The translations under genes and the position numbers were made by a program. A model generated the notes under the pieces. It searched no databases. It had not been told where the DNA came from and saw only the letters and a list, made by a program, of their open reading frames with translations. A stretch of DNA of 64,000 nt from Spirochaetia bacterium (GTDB lineage Bacteria; Spirochaetota; Spirochaetia; SZUA-6; Bin103), in assembly GCA_965199955.1 (NCBI GenBank), contig CBDATQ010000001.1, forward strand, positions 992,001 to 1,056,000, written 5' to 3'. Below, one piece after another: positions 41,958 to 52,413 of the stretch (the first letter of the stretch is position 1; each line of letters starts with the position of its first letter).

Positions 41958-43949
41958 CCGAAGTTCCAGAGCGTGAATCTCTCGTAACTTCATTGACAGA
42001 AATTAGTTGCAAGGTGATCTGCGTGCTGATTGGCGTCGTTTCGTGTCCATGCAGATGGTGGTGAATAGCGGCGAGATACATGCTATTTGATCTTGACATA
42101 TCGTGACTTGTGTGCATGCTGTTGCCACAGATCGGTAGTCATGTACATCGAGTCTGTCCCCAACCGCTCCTCTCCCCCTGCCATCCTGCTCCGCGAGTCC
42201 TACCGCGAGCACGGCAAGGTCAAGAAGCGCACGCTCGCGAACCTCTCCAAATGGCCCCCTGATCTGGTCGACGGCTTGCGCACCCTGCTCAAGGGCGGCC
42301 ACGCCTTCGCCTCGGTCTCGGATGCGTTGCTGCTCACGCGCTCGCTGCCCCACGGCCACGTCGCCGCCGTGCTGGGCATCCTCAAGCAGCTCGGACTCCA
42401 TACCCTCATCGCCCGCAAGGCCAGCCGCTCGCGCGAGCTGATCATCGCCATGATCACCGCCCGCGTCATCGACGCGCAGTCCAAACTGGCCACCGCCCGC
42501 GCGCTCTCACCGCCCAGCGCCGTGTCCACCCTGGGCGAGTCGCTGCGGTTGGGGGAGGTCGATGAGAACGAGCTCTACGAGGCGATGGACTGGTTGGTCG
42601 GGCGCCAGGCGGCGATCGAGGACCGCCTGGCCGAACAGCACCTCAGCGAGCACACGCTGGTGCTCTACGACGTGAGCTCGACCTACTTCGAGGGCAGCCA
42701 CTGCGAGCTGGCGCAGTTGGGACACAGCCGTGACGGCAAGTCGGGCACGCTGCAGATCGTGTTCGGGCTGCTGTGCACCCAGGAAGGCTGTCCGGTGGCG
42801 GTGGAGGTATTCCCTGGCTCTACCGCCGACCCGAAGACGGTGAGCGCGCAGGTGGACAAGATCCGCACCCGCTTCGGACTCACGCGGGTGGTGCTGGTCG
42901 GCGACCGCGGGATGCTGAGCGCGGCGAGGATCCGCGAGGACCTGCAAGAGGTGGAGGGGCTGCGCTGGATCACCACGCTGCGCGCGCCGACGATCCGCAA
43001 GCTGGTGGCCGCCGGCGAGGTGGCGCCGTCGTTGTTCGACGAGCGCGACCTGGCCGAGATCACCAGCGAGGAGTTTCCGGGCGAGCGGCTGATCGTGTGC
43101 CGCAACCCGTTGCTGGCCGACGAACGGGAGCGCAAGCGCCAGGAGCTGCTACAGGCCACCGAGCAGAAGCTGGCCCCGATCGCTCAGGCCACCCAGCGCG
43201 TCCATCAGCCGCTACGGGGCGAGGCCGAGATCGGCATGCGGGTCGGCAAGGTGATCAATCACTACAAGGTGGGCAAGCACTTCGTGACCGAGATCACCTC
43301 CGAGTCGTTCAGCTTTCGGCGCGATGAGGCCAAGATCGACGCCGAGCAGGCGCTGGACGGGCTGTACATCGTGCGCAGCAACGTGGAGCCGCAGGTGCTC
43401 GACGCGGCGCAGACGGTGCGCGCCTACAAGGGGCTGTCGAAGGTGGAGCGGGCGTTTCGGTGCATGAAGTCCGTGGACCTGAAGGTGCGCCCGATTCACC
43501 ACCGGCGCGCCGATCGGGTGCGGGCGCACGTGCTGCTGTGCATGCTGGCCTACTACGTGGAGTGGCACATGCGGCGCTCGCTGGCGCCGTTGCTGTTCGA
43601 CGATCACGATCGACAGGGCGCCGAGCGCAAGCGGGTCTCCGAAGTGGCGCCGGCGCAGCGATCGGCGGCCGCGGCGGCCAAGGCGTCGAGCAAGCGCACC
43701 GAGGACGGGTTGCCGGTGCACAGCTTTCGCACGCTGATCACTGAACTGGGCACGCTGACGGCGAACACGATGCAGGTTGCAGAGGGCGGCAGCACGTTCA
43801 CGCTGCACACGCACCCGACGCCGGTTCAGCAGCGCTGTTTCGAGCTGCTTGGGGTCACGCCCCGCATGTAGCCATGCACAGGAACCTGCACCATTGAGAA
43901 ACTACCCTGACCACAAGGACTTCAGGCAATTTCGCTCCTGGAACTTCGG
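41958..43949 (+). mobile_element. IS1634-family insertion sequence (1992 bp)
   Basis: Terminal IRs CCGAAGTTCCAG (41958-41969; reverse complement 43938-43949); flanking direct repeat TCTAAC (41952-41957, 43950-43955); single DDE transposase. Confidence 0.9.
42141..43871 (+). CDS. IS1634-family DDE transposase
   Basis: MYIESVPNR..LLRESYR..KVKKRTLANLS, YDVSSTYFEG, GDRGM, VERAFRCMK, RVRAH. Confidence 0.93.
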   Translation: MYIESVPNRSSPPAILLRESYREHGKVKKRTLANLSKWPPDLVDGLRTLLKGGHAFASVSDALLLTRSLPHGHVAAVLGILKQLGLHTLIARKASRSRELIIAMITARVIDAQSKLATARALSPPSAVSTLGESLRLGEVDENELYEAMDWLVGRQAAIEDRLAEQHLSEHTLVLYDVSSTYFEGSHCELAQLGHSRDGKSGTLQIVFGLLCTQEGCPVAVEVFPGSTADPKTVSAQVDKIRTRFGLTRVVLVGDRGMLSAARIREDLQEVEGLRWITTLRAPTIRKLVAAGEVAPSLFDERDLAEITSEEFPGERLIVCRNPLLADERERKRQELLQATEQKLAPIAQATQRVHQPLRGEAEIGMRVGKVINHYKVGKHFVTEITSESFSFRRDEAKIDAEQALDGLYIVRSNVEPQVLDAAQTVRAYKGLSKVERAFRCMKSVDLKVRPIHHRRADRVRAHVLLCMLAYYVEWHMRRSLAPLLFDDHDRQGAERKRVSEVAPAQRSAAAAAKASSKRTEDGLPVHSFRTLITELGTLTANTMQVAEGGSTFTLHTHPTPVQQRCFELLGVTPRM

Positions 43950-44008
43950 TCTAACCGACGAGGCTGGGCCAACGGGCGGTCGCCGCCGTGCTACGCTGCG
44001 GGCGAATC

Positions 44009-44383
44009 ATGGGTACCGAACGCGTCGCCGTCCTGGGGGCCAGCCCGAAACCGGACCGGACCTCCAACCAGGCGGTGCGTCGCCTCCGGCAGCACGGTCA
44101 TCACGTGATCCCGGTCCATCCCGCGCATGACGAGATCGAAGGCCTTGCTGCCGCCCGCGATCTTGCCGCGATCGACGGCGCGGTCGATACGCTGACCGTC
44201 TACGTTGGCCCGCGCCATGGGGAGGAGCTGATCGAACAGATCATCGCCCTGGCTCCCGGCCGCGTGATCCTCAACCCGGGCACGGAATCCGATCTGGTCG
44301 AGCGGCGCCTGCAGGAACGGGGCATCCCGGTGATCCGCGCCTGCACCCTGGTGTTGCTGGCCAGCGGTCAGTTCGCGGCGTAA
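44009..44383 (+). CDS. CoA-binding domain protein
   Basis: VAVLGASPKPDR, VIPVHP, LNPG, ACTL. Confidence 0.88.
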   Translation: MGTERVAVLGASPKPDRTSNQAVRRLRQHGHHVIPVHPAHDEIEGLAAARDLAAIDGAVDTLTVYVGPRHGEELIEQIIALAPGRVILNPGTESDLVERRLQERGIPVIRACTLVLLASGQFAA

Positions 44384-44388
44384 CGCGC

Positions 44389-45000
44389 GTGCCCGACCCG
44401 ACTCTGGAGCTCCTCTTCGACGGCCCTGCCGATGGGCCGCCCATCGCGCTCGCGCACGGCGCGGGGGTGGGGCCGCAGCACATCGCGATGGTCACCCTGG
44501 CGCGCGAGCTCGGGTCGCACGGGCTGCGCGTGGTCCGCTTTGCGTTCCCGTACATGGCTGCCGGCCGCAAGGCGCCGGATCGCGAACCGGTGCTCATCGA
44601 CATGTGGCGTGCGGTGATCGCCGCGCTGGGCGATCCGTCCGGGCTGGCGATCGCCGGCCGCTCGATGGGGGGGCGCATCGCCAGCATGGTGGCCGACGAC
44701 TGCGGCGTGCGCGCCCTGGTCTGCTTTGCCTATCCATTCCACCCGCCCGGGAAACCGGAGCGCCTGCGCACCGCGCACCTGGATGACCTGCGCACTCCGG
44801 CCCTGATCGTGCAGGGCGAGCGCGATCCGTTCGGCGACCGAGACGAGGTGCCGGGCTTCGGGCTGCCTGAACGCATCCGCATCGCCTGGATCACCGACGG
44901 CGACCACGGCTACATGCCGCGCAAGCGGTCGGGCGTCACCATCGAGGAGAACATCGCGGCGGCTGCGACCGCCGCGGCCACCTTCCTGAGCCAACTCTGA
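44389..45000 (+). CDS. Alpha/beta hydrolase
   Basis: AHGAG, GRSMGG nucleophile, YPFHPPG, QGERDPFG, GDH. Confidence 0.88.
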   Translation: MPDPTLELLFDGPADGPPIALAHGAGVGPQHIAMVTLARELGSHGLRVVRFAFPYMAAGRKAPDREPVLIDMWRAVIAALGDPSGLAIAGRSMGGRIASMVADDCGVRALVCFAYPFHPPGKPERLRTAHLDDLRTPALIVQGERDPFGDRDEVPGFGLPERIRIAWITDGDHGYMPRKRSGVTIEENIAAAATAAATFLSQL

Positions 45001-45019
45001 CGACAACCGAGGTAGGGGC

Positions 45020-46804
45020 ATGAGCGACTTCACGACCCGCCCGGAGATCATGGGCCGCAACTACGTGGTCACCTCCGGGCACTATCTGGCCACGGCGGCC
45101 GGCGCGCACGTCATGGAACGGGGCGGCAACGCCATCGACGCGGCGGCAGCGATGTGCATCTGCCTGAACCTGCTGGAGCCGTTCGCCAACGGCATCGGCG
45201 GCGAGGCGCCGACCCTGGTCTACTCGGCCGCGGAGGGCAGGCCGTACGCGATCAGCGGCATGGGCTGCTCGCCGGCGGCGCTCACCATCGACTACTGCCG
45301 GGAGCACGGTATCGACCTGATCCCGGGCGACGGCTTCCTTCCGGCCTGCGTGCCGGCGACCGTGGACACGTGGGCGTGCGCGGTGGCGCGCTTCGGCCGC
45401 CTGCGCTTCGCGGACATCCTGGCCCCCGCCATCGAGTTGGCCGAAGAGGGCTTTCCGGTCTACCCGGCGTTCAGCCGCAGCACCGAGGACAAGGCCAGGC
45501 TGTTCCTGGAGCGCTATCCCTCGACGGCGGCGATCTACTGCCCCGGGGGCCGCATCCCGCGGACCGGGGAGCGGTTCCGCAACCCCGACTTCGCGGCGAC
45601 GCTGCGCACGATGGCGGCCGCCGAGGAGGCCTCCGGCGGCGGGCGGGAGCGCGGCATCGAGGCGGCGCGCGACGCCTTCTACCAGGGGCCGATCGCGGAA
45701 GCGATCGTCCGCTTCATCGCCGAGCCGGTGCTCGACGCCACCGGTGAGGAGCACGCCGGCCTGCTGACCATGGACGACATGGCCGCCTGGCGCGCGGCGG
45801 CGGAGACGCCGTGCAGTGTCCACTTCCGCGGCGTCGAGGTGCACAAATGCGGGCCGTGGACGCAGGGACCGGTCTTTCTGCAGCAGCTTCGCCTGCTCGA
45901 CGGCTTCGACCTGCAGGGCATCGGGCACAACACGACCGACTACCTGCACACCGTCATCGAGTGCGCGAAGCTCGCGTTCGCCGACCGCGAGGCCTACTAC
46001 GGCGACCCGGACCACGATGATGTGCCGCTGGAGCGGCTGCTGTCGGCCGGTTATGCCGATGAACGGCGGCAGGCGATCGGCGCCGACGCCTCCGCGGAGA
46101 TGGTCGCCGGACCGCTGGGAGCCGAGGGGCTGCCGCTGGCCGACGTGCCGGCCGACAACCGCGCCGCGCTCGGCATTACCGGCCGCGAGGCGGGCGAGGG
46201 CGCCGGCCATGCGCACATGGGCGACACCACGCACTGTGACGCGATCGACGCCGACGGCAACATGGTTGCCTGCACCCCGTCGGGGGGCTGGATCGGCTCC
46301 TCGCCGGTCGTGCCGGGGCTGGGCTTCCCGATCGGCACCCGCGCGCAGATGTTCTACCTCAACCCCAACCGGGCGAACTCCGCCGCGGGGCGCAAGCGGC
46401 CGCGCGCCACGCTCACGCCCAGCCTGGTCACCCGCGACGGCAGTCCGGAGATGGCGTTCGGGACGCCCGGCGGCGACGGTCAGGATCAGTGGACGCTGCA
46501 GGTGTTCCTGAACCACGCCGTGTTCGGCATGCCGCTGCAGGAGGCGCTGGAGGCGCCGACCGTGCACTCCACCCATTTCCCGTCGTCGTTCTATCCGCGC
46601 AGCGCCCATCGGCTGGGCGTCTCCGCCGAGAGCCGCATCGACGCGGGCGTGCTCGACGAGCTTCGCCGGCGCGGCCACGAGGTACGGATGACCGGCCCGT
46701 GGGGGCACGGCAAGCCGATGGCCGTCCGCATCGACGCCGAGCGCGGTGTGATCCGCGGCGGCGTTTCGCCCCGTGCCGTCATCGGCTACGGGCTGGGATG
46801 GTGA
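45020..46804 (+). CDS. Gamma-glutamyltransferase family protein
   Basis: GGNAIDAA, DTTH nucleophile, PGGDGQDQ, RPRATLTP. Confidence 0.92.
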   Translation: MSDFTTRPEIMGRNYVVTSGHYLATAAGAHVMERGGNAIDAAAAMCICLNLLEPFANGIGGEAPTLVYSAAEGRPYAISGMGCSPAALTIDYCREHGIDLIPGDGFLPACVPATVDTWACAVARFGRLRFADILAPAIELAEEGFPVYPAFSRSTEDKARLFLERYPSTAAIYCPGGRIPRTGERFRNPDFAATLRTMAAAEEASGGGRERGIEAARDAFYQGPIAEAIVRFIAEPVLDATGEEHAGLLTMDDMAAWRAAAETPCSVHFRGVEVHKCGPWTQGPVFLQQLRLLDGFDLQGIGHNTTDYLHTVIECAKLAFADREAYYGDPDHDDVPLERLLSAGYADERRQAIGADASAEMVAGPLGAEGLPLADVPADNRAALGITGREAGEGAGHAHMGDTTHCDAIDADGNMVACTPSGGWIGSSPVVPGLGFPIGTRAQMFYLNPNRANSAAGRKRPRATLTPSLVTRDGSPEMAFGTPGGDGQDQWTLQVFLNHAVFGMPLQEALEAPTVHSTHFPSSFYPRSAHRLGVSAESRIDAGVLDELRRRGHEVRMTGPWGHGKPMAVRIDAERGVIRGGVSPRAVIGYGLGW

Positions 46805-46820
46805 GGGCGGCCGCGACTCG

Positions 46821-48050
46821 ATGCGCTTTGCCTCCGGGTGGGCGTCGCGCTTCAGCGCGATGCGCCACCGCGATTTTCGTTACCTGTGGCTGGGCAACTC
46901 CATCGTCATGGGGGGCAACCAGGCCACGTTCATCGCCGCGAGCTACCTGGCCTATGAGCTGACCGACTCGGCGTTCATTCTGGGGCTGGTCAGCATGGGC
47001 TTCGCGCTGCCCATGCTGACACTGTCACTGTTCGGCGGGGCGCTGGCAGACCGGTTTCCACGAAAGCGCATCCTGCAGATCGGTCAACTCCTGATCGCCG
47101 CGAGCGCGGCCTCGGTGGCGGTGGCGATCAAGCTCGACGTGGTCGTCTGGGGTCACTTGCTGGCCGCATCCGCGGTGCAGGGGGTGGCGTTCGCCTTCGT
47201 GGTGCCCGCGCGCCAGTCGCTGATCGCGGACATCGTCGGCGAGGAGCTGGCCGGCAACGCCGTGGCCTTGGTGTCGGTATCGTTCAGCGTCACCGGCCTG
47301 CTGGGTCCGGCGGTCGCGGGGGTCCTGTACGACGCGATCGGTCCGTTCGGCGTGTATGTCGTGGTCCTGGCCTCCGATCTGCTCGCCGTCCTCTGCACCA
47401 GCCTGGTGCGCCACTCGGCCAGCCCGCGCGTGTCGTCGTCATCCGGGAAGCGGTCGTTTCTGCGCGACATCGGCGCCGGGCTGCGGTACGTGCGCAACGA
47501 CGGGCTGTTGGTTGCGCTCATCGTCGTGGCGCTCGCCTTCACCGTGCTGGCGATGCCGTACCGGTTCCTGCTGCCGGTGCTGGTCGTCGACGTGTACCAG
47601 CAAGGTCCGCGCACGCTGGGGCTGCTGTCCAGCATGATCGGCCTGGGCGCGATCGTCGGCGCCTCCTACGTGGCGTGGAGCGGCCGCCGCTGGCGCGGAG
47701 CCCTGCTGATCGGCGGGGCGGTGGCCAGCGGCCTGGGACTGGCACTGATCGGGACGGTGCCGGTGCTTGCGGTGGCGGTCGGGCTGACGGTCCTGGTCGG
47801 GGTCGGCGACGCGCTGCGGCGGGCGCTCAACCAGGCGCTGCTGCTGGAGTCGGCCAACGCGGAGTATCGCGGCCGGGTGGTGAGCATCTACGCGATGAAC
47901 TTCGGGCTCACGCCGGCTGGCGCCCTGCCGGCGGGCGCGTTGGCCGAGGTGCTCGGCGTGCGCATGGCGCTGGTGATCTTCGGAGTGCTGCTGATCCTGC
48001 TGTCGGCGTGGATCGCGCTGCGCAGCCCGCGTCTGCTGCGCTACCAGTGA
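46821..48050 (+). CDS. MFS transporter
   Basis: HRDFRYLW, GALADRF, PARQS, RGRV; 12 TM helices. Confidence 0.88.
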   Translation: MRFASGWASRFSAMRHRDFRYLWLGNSIVMGGNQATFIAASYLAYELTDSAFILGLVSMGFALPMLTLSLFGGALADRFPRKRILQIGQLLIAASAASVAVAIKLDVVVWGHLLAASAVQGVAFAFVVPARQSLIADIVGEELAGNAVALVSVSFSVTGLLGPAVAGVLYDAIGPFGVYVVVLASDLLAVLCTSLVRHSASPRVSSSSGKRSFLRDIGAGLRYVRNDGLLVALIVVALAFTVLAMPYRFLLPVLVVDVYQQGPRTLGLLSSMIGLGAIVGASYVAWSGRRWRGALLIGGAVASGLGLALIGTVPVLAVAVGLTVLVGVGDALRRALNQALLLESANAEYRGRVVSIYAMNFGLTPAGALPAGALAEVLGVRMALVIFGVLLILLSAWIALRSPRLLRYQ

Positions 48051-49045
48051 CGCTCGGGCACCAGGGACGCAGGCAGCGGCTCGAAGCCGGCAGGCAGCGG
48101 CGCGATCGCGTACACCGCCTCGCAGGGTGAGTCGCTCAGCGCGAGCGTGTCGGCCGTCCGGCTCTTCAGGTCGACCAGCAGGAGCCGGTTGCGCTCGCCG
48201 ACCAGCAGCCGGCATTCGCCTGCCCGGCAGAGGCCGCGGAGGAACCCGTGCGGGGCCGGCGGTGCCAGCGTCAGGGAGTCGGCGACCGTGCCGTCGGCGC
48301 GCAGGATGCAGAGCTGGCCGGCGCCGGTGTCGAGCGTCAGGAGGGTGCCGTCAGGCATCGGCAGGACGTTGTGGATCGGTACCGGGAGGTCATCGGCGAC
48401 CGGGATCGGCGCTCGGCGCGCATCGGCGCGGGCGATCAGCCCGCGGCGACACCCCTCGCCGTCTGCCTCCGACCGGCCGAGCGTCACCAGCGCCTCCCCG
48501 TCAGCGTCGAATGCGACACCGTTGGCATGCAGAAGGTTGGTCGCCGCCAGGGGGTGCCCGGCGGGATCCCGATAATCGAGAGCCGCCGCAAAGCGCGAGC
48601 CGTCCGCGGCCAGCCCCGCCGCCGGCCGCAGGTCTACCAGGTCGGTCAGACGGCCGGCGGCATCGAAGGCCGCCAGCGCGTCGTTGGCGGTCGAGCATAC
48701 CCACAGGCGATCGTCGTGGACGGCGATGTCATGGACGTTTCCGCACCACGGGTGGCTGATGCCGGCGAGCCGATGCCAGGAGCGATCGAAGCGCAGCACC
48801 TCCGCGCCGTTGGCGACGTACACCGTGTCGCCGTCGGCGGCGAGCCCGCGGCCGCCGCGGATGCCGCCGCGCGGGTTGGGTTCGCGGTGCAGGTGCTCGC
48901 AGGGCGGGACCGGGCAGGAGCCCAGCACGCCGCGTTCCGGATCGAGGACGTACAGGTATCCGGACGGCTCCCCGGGTCCGCTGCCGCGGCAGATCGTCGA
49001 CACCAGGCAGCAGGAGCCGCCGGAAGCTTGCTTCTCCCCAACCAT
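48041..49045 (-). CDS. Hypothetical beta-propeller-like protein
   Basis: Repeated short strand motifs with His (VHDI, HANGV, IHNV), NPRGG.RGGRG, FLRGL; start ATG 49045. Confidence 0.6.
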   Translation of the reverse strand: MVGEKQASGGSCCLVSTICRGSGPGEPSGYLYVLDPERGVLGSCPVPPCEHLHREPNPRGGIRGGRGLAADGDTVYVANGAEVLRFDRSWHRLAGISHPWCGNVHDIAVHDDRLWVCSTANDALAAFDAAGRLTDLVDLRPAAGLAADGSRFAAALDYRDPAGHPLAATNLLHANGVAFDADGEALVTLGRSEADGEGCRRGLIARADARRAPIPVADDLPVPIHNVLPMPDGTLLTLDTGAGQLCILRADGTVADSLTLAPPAPHGFLRGLCRAGECRLLVGERNRLLLVDLKSRTADTLALSDSPCEAVYAIAPLPAGFEPLPASLVPERHW

Positions 49046-49138
49046 TGCTCTATATAGTAAGGAGTCCGCCGAACGCGGCGTAAGCATGTCGGGTCGCCCG
49101 GCATCAGCGACCCCAACATTCGATGACGGTCTGAGGCG

Positions 49139-50089
49139 ATGATCGAGGTAACGAACGTCACCAAGCGATACGGCACGCACACTGCCGTGGACGACGTCAG
49201 CTTCCGCGTCGAAGCCGGTGAGGTCGTCGGCTTCCTGGGCCCGAACGGCGCGGGCAAGTCGACGACGATGAACATCATCACCGGCTTCCTGTCGGCGACC
49301 GATGGTACGGTGACCGTCGACGGAATCGACGTCCTGGAGGATCCGATCGGCGCCAAGCGCACGCTTGGCTACCTGCCGGAGCTGCCGCCCCTGTACGTCG
49401 ACATGACCGTGCGCGACTACCTGCGGTTCGTCGCGCGCGTCAAGGGCGTCGATCGCGGGGAGCGCGACGACGCCAACGAACAGATCATGCGGTCGGTCGG
49501 CATCGAGCACGTCGCCGACCGCATGATCCGCAACCTGTCAAAGGGCTACCGGCAGCGCGTCGGGCTGGGGCAGGCCCTGGTCGGCAATCCCAAGGCGCTC
49601 ATCCTGGACGAGCCGACCATCGGGCTCGACCCGCACCAGATCATCGAGATGCGCGACCTGGTGCGCACGCTGGGCGAGCAGCGCACCGTCATCCTGAGCT
49701 CTCACATCCTGCCCGAGGTATCGGCGGTCTGCGAGCGCATTATCATCATCAGCCACGGCAAGATCGTGGCCAGTGACACGGCCGAGAACCTGGGCAAGGC
49801 GCTCGCCGGCACCGGCCGGTTGTCGGTCCGCATCAAGGGCACGGCGGACGCCGCTCAGGCGGCGCTCGGGAAGGTGAGCGGCGTCGAGTCGGTGCGGTTG
49901 ACCGGACAGAGCGAAGCCACCGGCACCGTCGACCTGGAGGTGGACACCGGTCAGGCCGATCCGCGGGAGGCCATCTTCTACGCCCTCGCCAAGGCGAAGC
50001 TGCCGCTGTTCGGCATGCGGTCGCTGGAGGTGACGCTGGAGGAGATCTTCCTGCAGCTCACCGAAGACGATTCCGAGCAGGAGGCCTGA
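49139..50089 (+). CDS. ABC ATPase (GldA-like)
   Basis: GPNGAGKS, LSKGYRQR, LDEP, SSHIL. Confidence 0.92.
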   Translation: MIEVTNVTKRYGTHTAVDDVSFRVEAGEVVGFLGPNGAGKSTTMNIITGFLSATDGTVTVDGIDVLEDPIGAKRTLGYLPELPPLYVDMTVRDYLRFVARVKGVDRGERDDANEQIMRSVGIEHVADRMIRNLSKGYRQRVGLGQALVGNPKALILDEPTIGLDPHQIIEMRDLVRTLGEQRTVILSSHILPEVSAVCERIIIISHGKIVASDTAENLGKALAGTGRLSVRIKGTADAAQAALGKVSGVESVRLTGQSEATGTVDLEVDTGQADPREAIFYALAKAKLPLFGMRSLEVTLEEIFLQLTEDDSEQEA

Positions 50090-50092
50090 GCG

Positions 50093-50956
50093 ATGGCAGC
50101 CATCTGGTGGCGTGAGTTGCGCGCCTACTTCCAATCGCCCTTCGGCTACATCTCGATGGGCCTGTTCCTGGTGCTGTTCGGCATCACCGCCACCTTCAGC
50201 ATCCTGTTCCCGCGCAGCCCGCTGTTCGGCGGCGTGCTGGCGCAGATGCGCTTCATGCTGATCTTCGTCGTCCCCGTGCTCACCATGCGGCTGTTCACGG
50301 AAGAGCGGCGGCTGCGCACCGACCAGTTGCTCCTGACCGTGCCGCTGCAGCTCACCGACATCGTTCTGGGCAAGTTCGGCGCCGCGATGACCGTGCTGGT
50401 TACCATGCTGCTGATCACCGTGACGTATCCGGTTGCGCTGTCGTTCTTCGGCGACCTGCCGGCCGGTGAGGTCGTGACCGCGTACGTCGGCTTCCTGCTG
50501 CTGGCGGCCGCGTTCGTGGCGGTCGGCTGCTTCATCTCCTCGACCACGGAGAGCCTGGTGGTGGCGGCGATCGTCACGTTTGTCGCCCTGTTCCTGATGT
50601 GGGTGATGCCCGGCCTGCAGCGGCTGATCCCAGCCGACCAGTCGGCCGGCATCATCTTCACCGCGGCGCTGGGGGCGGGCGTGGCCGGGCTGACCTTCCT
50701 TGCCACCCGCAACATCATCGTCACGGCCGGGGCGGCGCTGGTCGCGGCGGCCGCGGTGGTCGTGATCGTGCTGGTGGATATCACCTTCTACGACACCTTC
50801 ATCAACCGGTTCCTGGTCTGGTTCTCGCCGGTGGACCGCTATGACACCTTCGCCCGCGGCCTGCTCAACCTCAGTCCGATCGTCTACTACCTGACCTTCA
50901 GCGCTTTCTTCCTGCTGCTGACGGTACGGATGATCGACAAGCGGCGCTGGGCCTGA
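50093..50956 (+). CDS. ABC-2 permease (GldF-like)
   Basis: RELRAYFQSP, LTMRLFTEERR..TDQLLLT, VLGKF. Confidence 0.88.
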   Translation: MAAIWWRELRAYFQSPFGYISMGLFLVLFGITATFSILFPRSPLFGGVLAQMRFMLIFVVPVLTMRLFTEERRLRTDQLLLTVPLQLTDIVLGKFGAAMTVLVTMLLITVTYPVALSFFGDLPAGEVVTAYVGFLLLAAAFVAVGCFISSTTESLVVAAIVTFVALFLMWVMPGLQRLIPADQSAGIIFTAALGAGVAGLTFLATRNIIVTAGAALVAAAAVVVIVLVDITFYDTFINRFLVWFSPVDRYDTFARGLLNLSPIVYYLTFSAFFLLLTVRMIDKRRWA

Positions 50957-50967
50957 GGAGGAAACGA

Positions 50968-52404
50968 TTGGCATTCAAGGATCTGATGTCGTTCGACTTC
51001 AAGGACCAGAAGAAGGTCCGCTACGGCGGCTACGCCACGCTGGTCTCCCTGATCGCGGTGGCGGCGCTGGTGCTGGTCAACCTGGTGGTCGACCAGCTCG
51101 ACATCGAGTTCGACCTGACCGAGAGCGGCATCTACTCGCTGTCCGAGCAGTCCAGGCAGGTGGCCGACGGGATCGAGGAGCCGGTGACCATCTACGGCGT
51201 CTACGCCCTGGGCGACGAGAACCCGGAAATCGACGACATCCTCAACCTGTACGCCGACCGCTCGAAGAACATCACCGTCAAGACCCTCGACCCCGAGCGC
51301 AGTCCCACGCAGGCCGACCGCTTCGACGACGAGGGCGGCCTGCGGGCCGGTGACCTTGTGGTGGCGACCGAGAACAAGCACCGCGTTATCAGCGTCTTCT
51401 CGCTGCGGCTGACGCAGAACAACCGCCAGATCGGGCTCAACGTCGAGCAGCAGGTCACCTCCGCGCTGCTGTTCGTGACCTCCGACCAGGACCCCAAGAT
51501 CTACTCGATCATCGGCCACCGCGAGCAGAACGTCACCGCCCTGGGGCTGCGGCCGATCCTGGAGATCGAGAACTTCGCGCTGGAGGACCTGAATCTGCAG
51601 CAGGTGGAAGCGGTCCCCGACGACGCGACGATCGTGATGGTCACCGCGCCGACCACCGACTACACCGAGGATGAGGTGGCCAAGCTGCGTGCCTACCTGG
51701 AAGGCGGCGGCAAGGCGATCTTCGCGCTCAGCAAGGTCACGGACGTCGACATGGTGAACCTCAACGGCCTGCTGCGCAGCTACGGCGTGCAGTTTCGAGA
51801 CGACTGGGTGTTCGAGCAGGACGCGCGCCGCCACCTGCCGAACCAGCCCAACCTGCTGGTGCCGGAGGTGGTAAGCCACCCGATCACCTCGCCCATCTCG
51901 CTCGACCGGCGGCTGGTCCTGATGCCGGCGCCGGCGTGGATCGAGGAGCTGGAGGTGCGCCGCCGGTCGCTGGAGATCCAGTCGCTGCTGCAGAGCTCCC
52001 CGGAGGCGTTCGCGCGCGCCGAGATCATCACCACCGAGAGCGGTGAGCTGCTGCCCCAGGAAGGCGACCCGCGCGGGCCGTTCAACCTAGGGGTCACCGT
52101 CACCGACCCCGCGCCGACCGTCGAGGGCGACGACACGCGCATCGTCGTGCTGTCCACCGCCTTCTTCCTGCGCGGCGATTTTCAGCAGAACTTTCCCGGC
52201 AACGTCGACCTGATCGTGAACAGCATCAACTGGGTCTTCGAACGGGAGGAGACGATCTCCGTGCGCCCCAAGTTCACGCTGATGCTGCCGCTGCGGCTCA
52301 ACAGCCTGTCGACCTGGATCTTCACCGGCGCGGTCGTCGTGGTGGTGCCGCTGATCGTGCTCGGCGCCGGGCTGGTGGTCTGGCTGCGGCGCCGGCACCT
52401 GTAG
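50968..52404 (+). CDS. GldG-like ABC accessory protein
   Basis: DLT....YSLS, GHRE, YLEGGG, N..L..NSINW, N- and C-terminal TM helices. Confidence 0.85.
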   Translation: MAFKDLMSFDFKDQKKVRYGGYATLVSLIAVAALVLVNLVVDQLDIEFDLTESGIYSLSEQSRQVADGIEEPVTIYGVYALGDENPEIDDILNLYADRSKNITVKTLDPERSPTQADRFDDEGGLRAGDLVVATENKHRVISVFSLRLTQNNRQIGLNVEQQVTSALLFVTSDQDPKIYSIIGHREQNVTALGLRPILEIENFALEDLNLQQVEAVPDDATIVMVTAPTTDYTEDEVAKLRAYLEGGGKAIFALSKVTDVDMVNLNGLLRSYGVQFRDDWVFEQDARRHLPNQPNLLVPEVVSHPITSPISLDRRLVLMPAPAWIEELEVRRRSLEIQSLLQSSPEAFARAEIITTESGELLPQEGDPRGPFNLGVTVTDPAPTVEGDDTRIVVLSTAFFLRGDFQQNFPGNVDLIVNSINWVFEREETISVRPKFTLMLPLRLNSLSTWIFTGAVVVVVPLIVLGAGLVVWLRRRHL

Positions 52405-52413
52405 GGTTCGACG

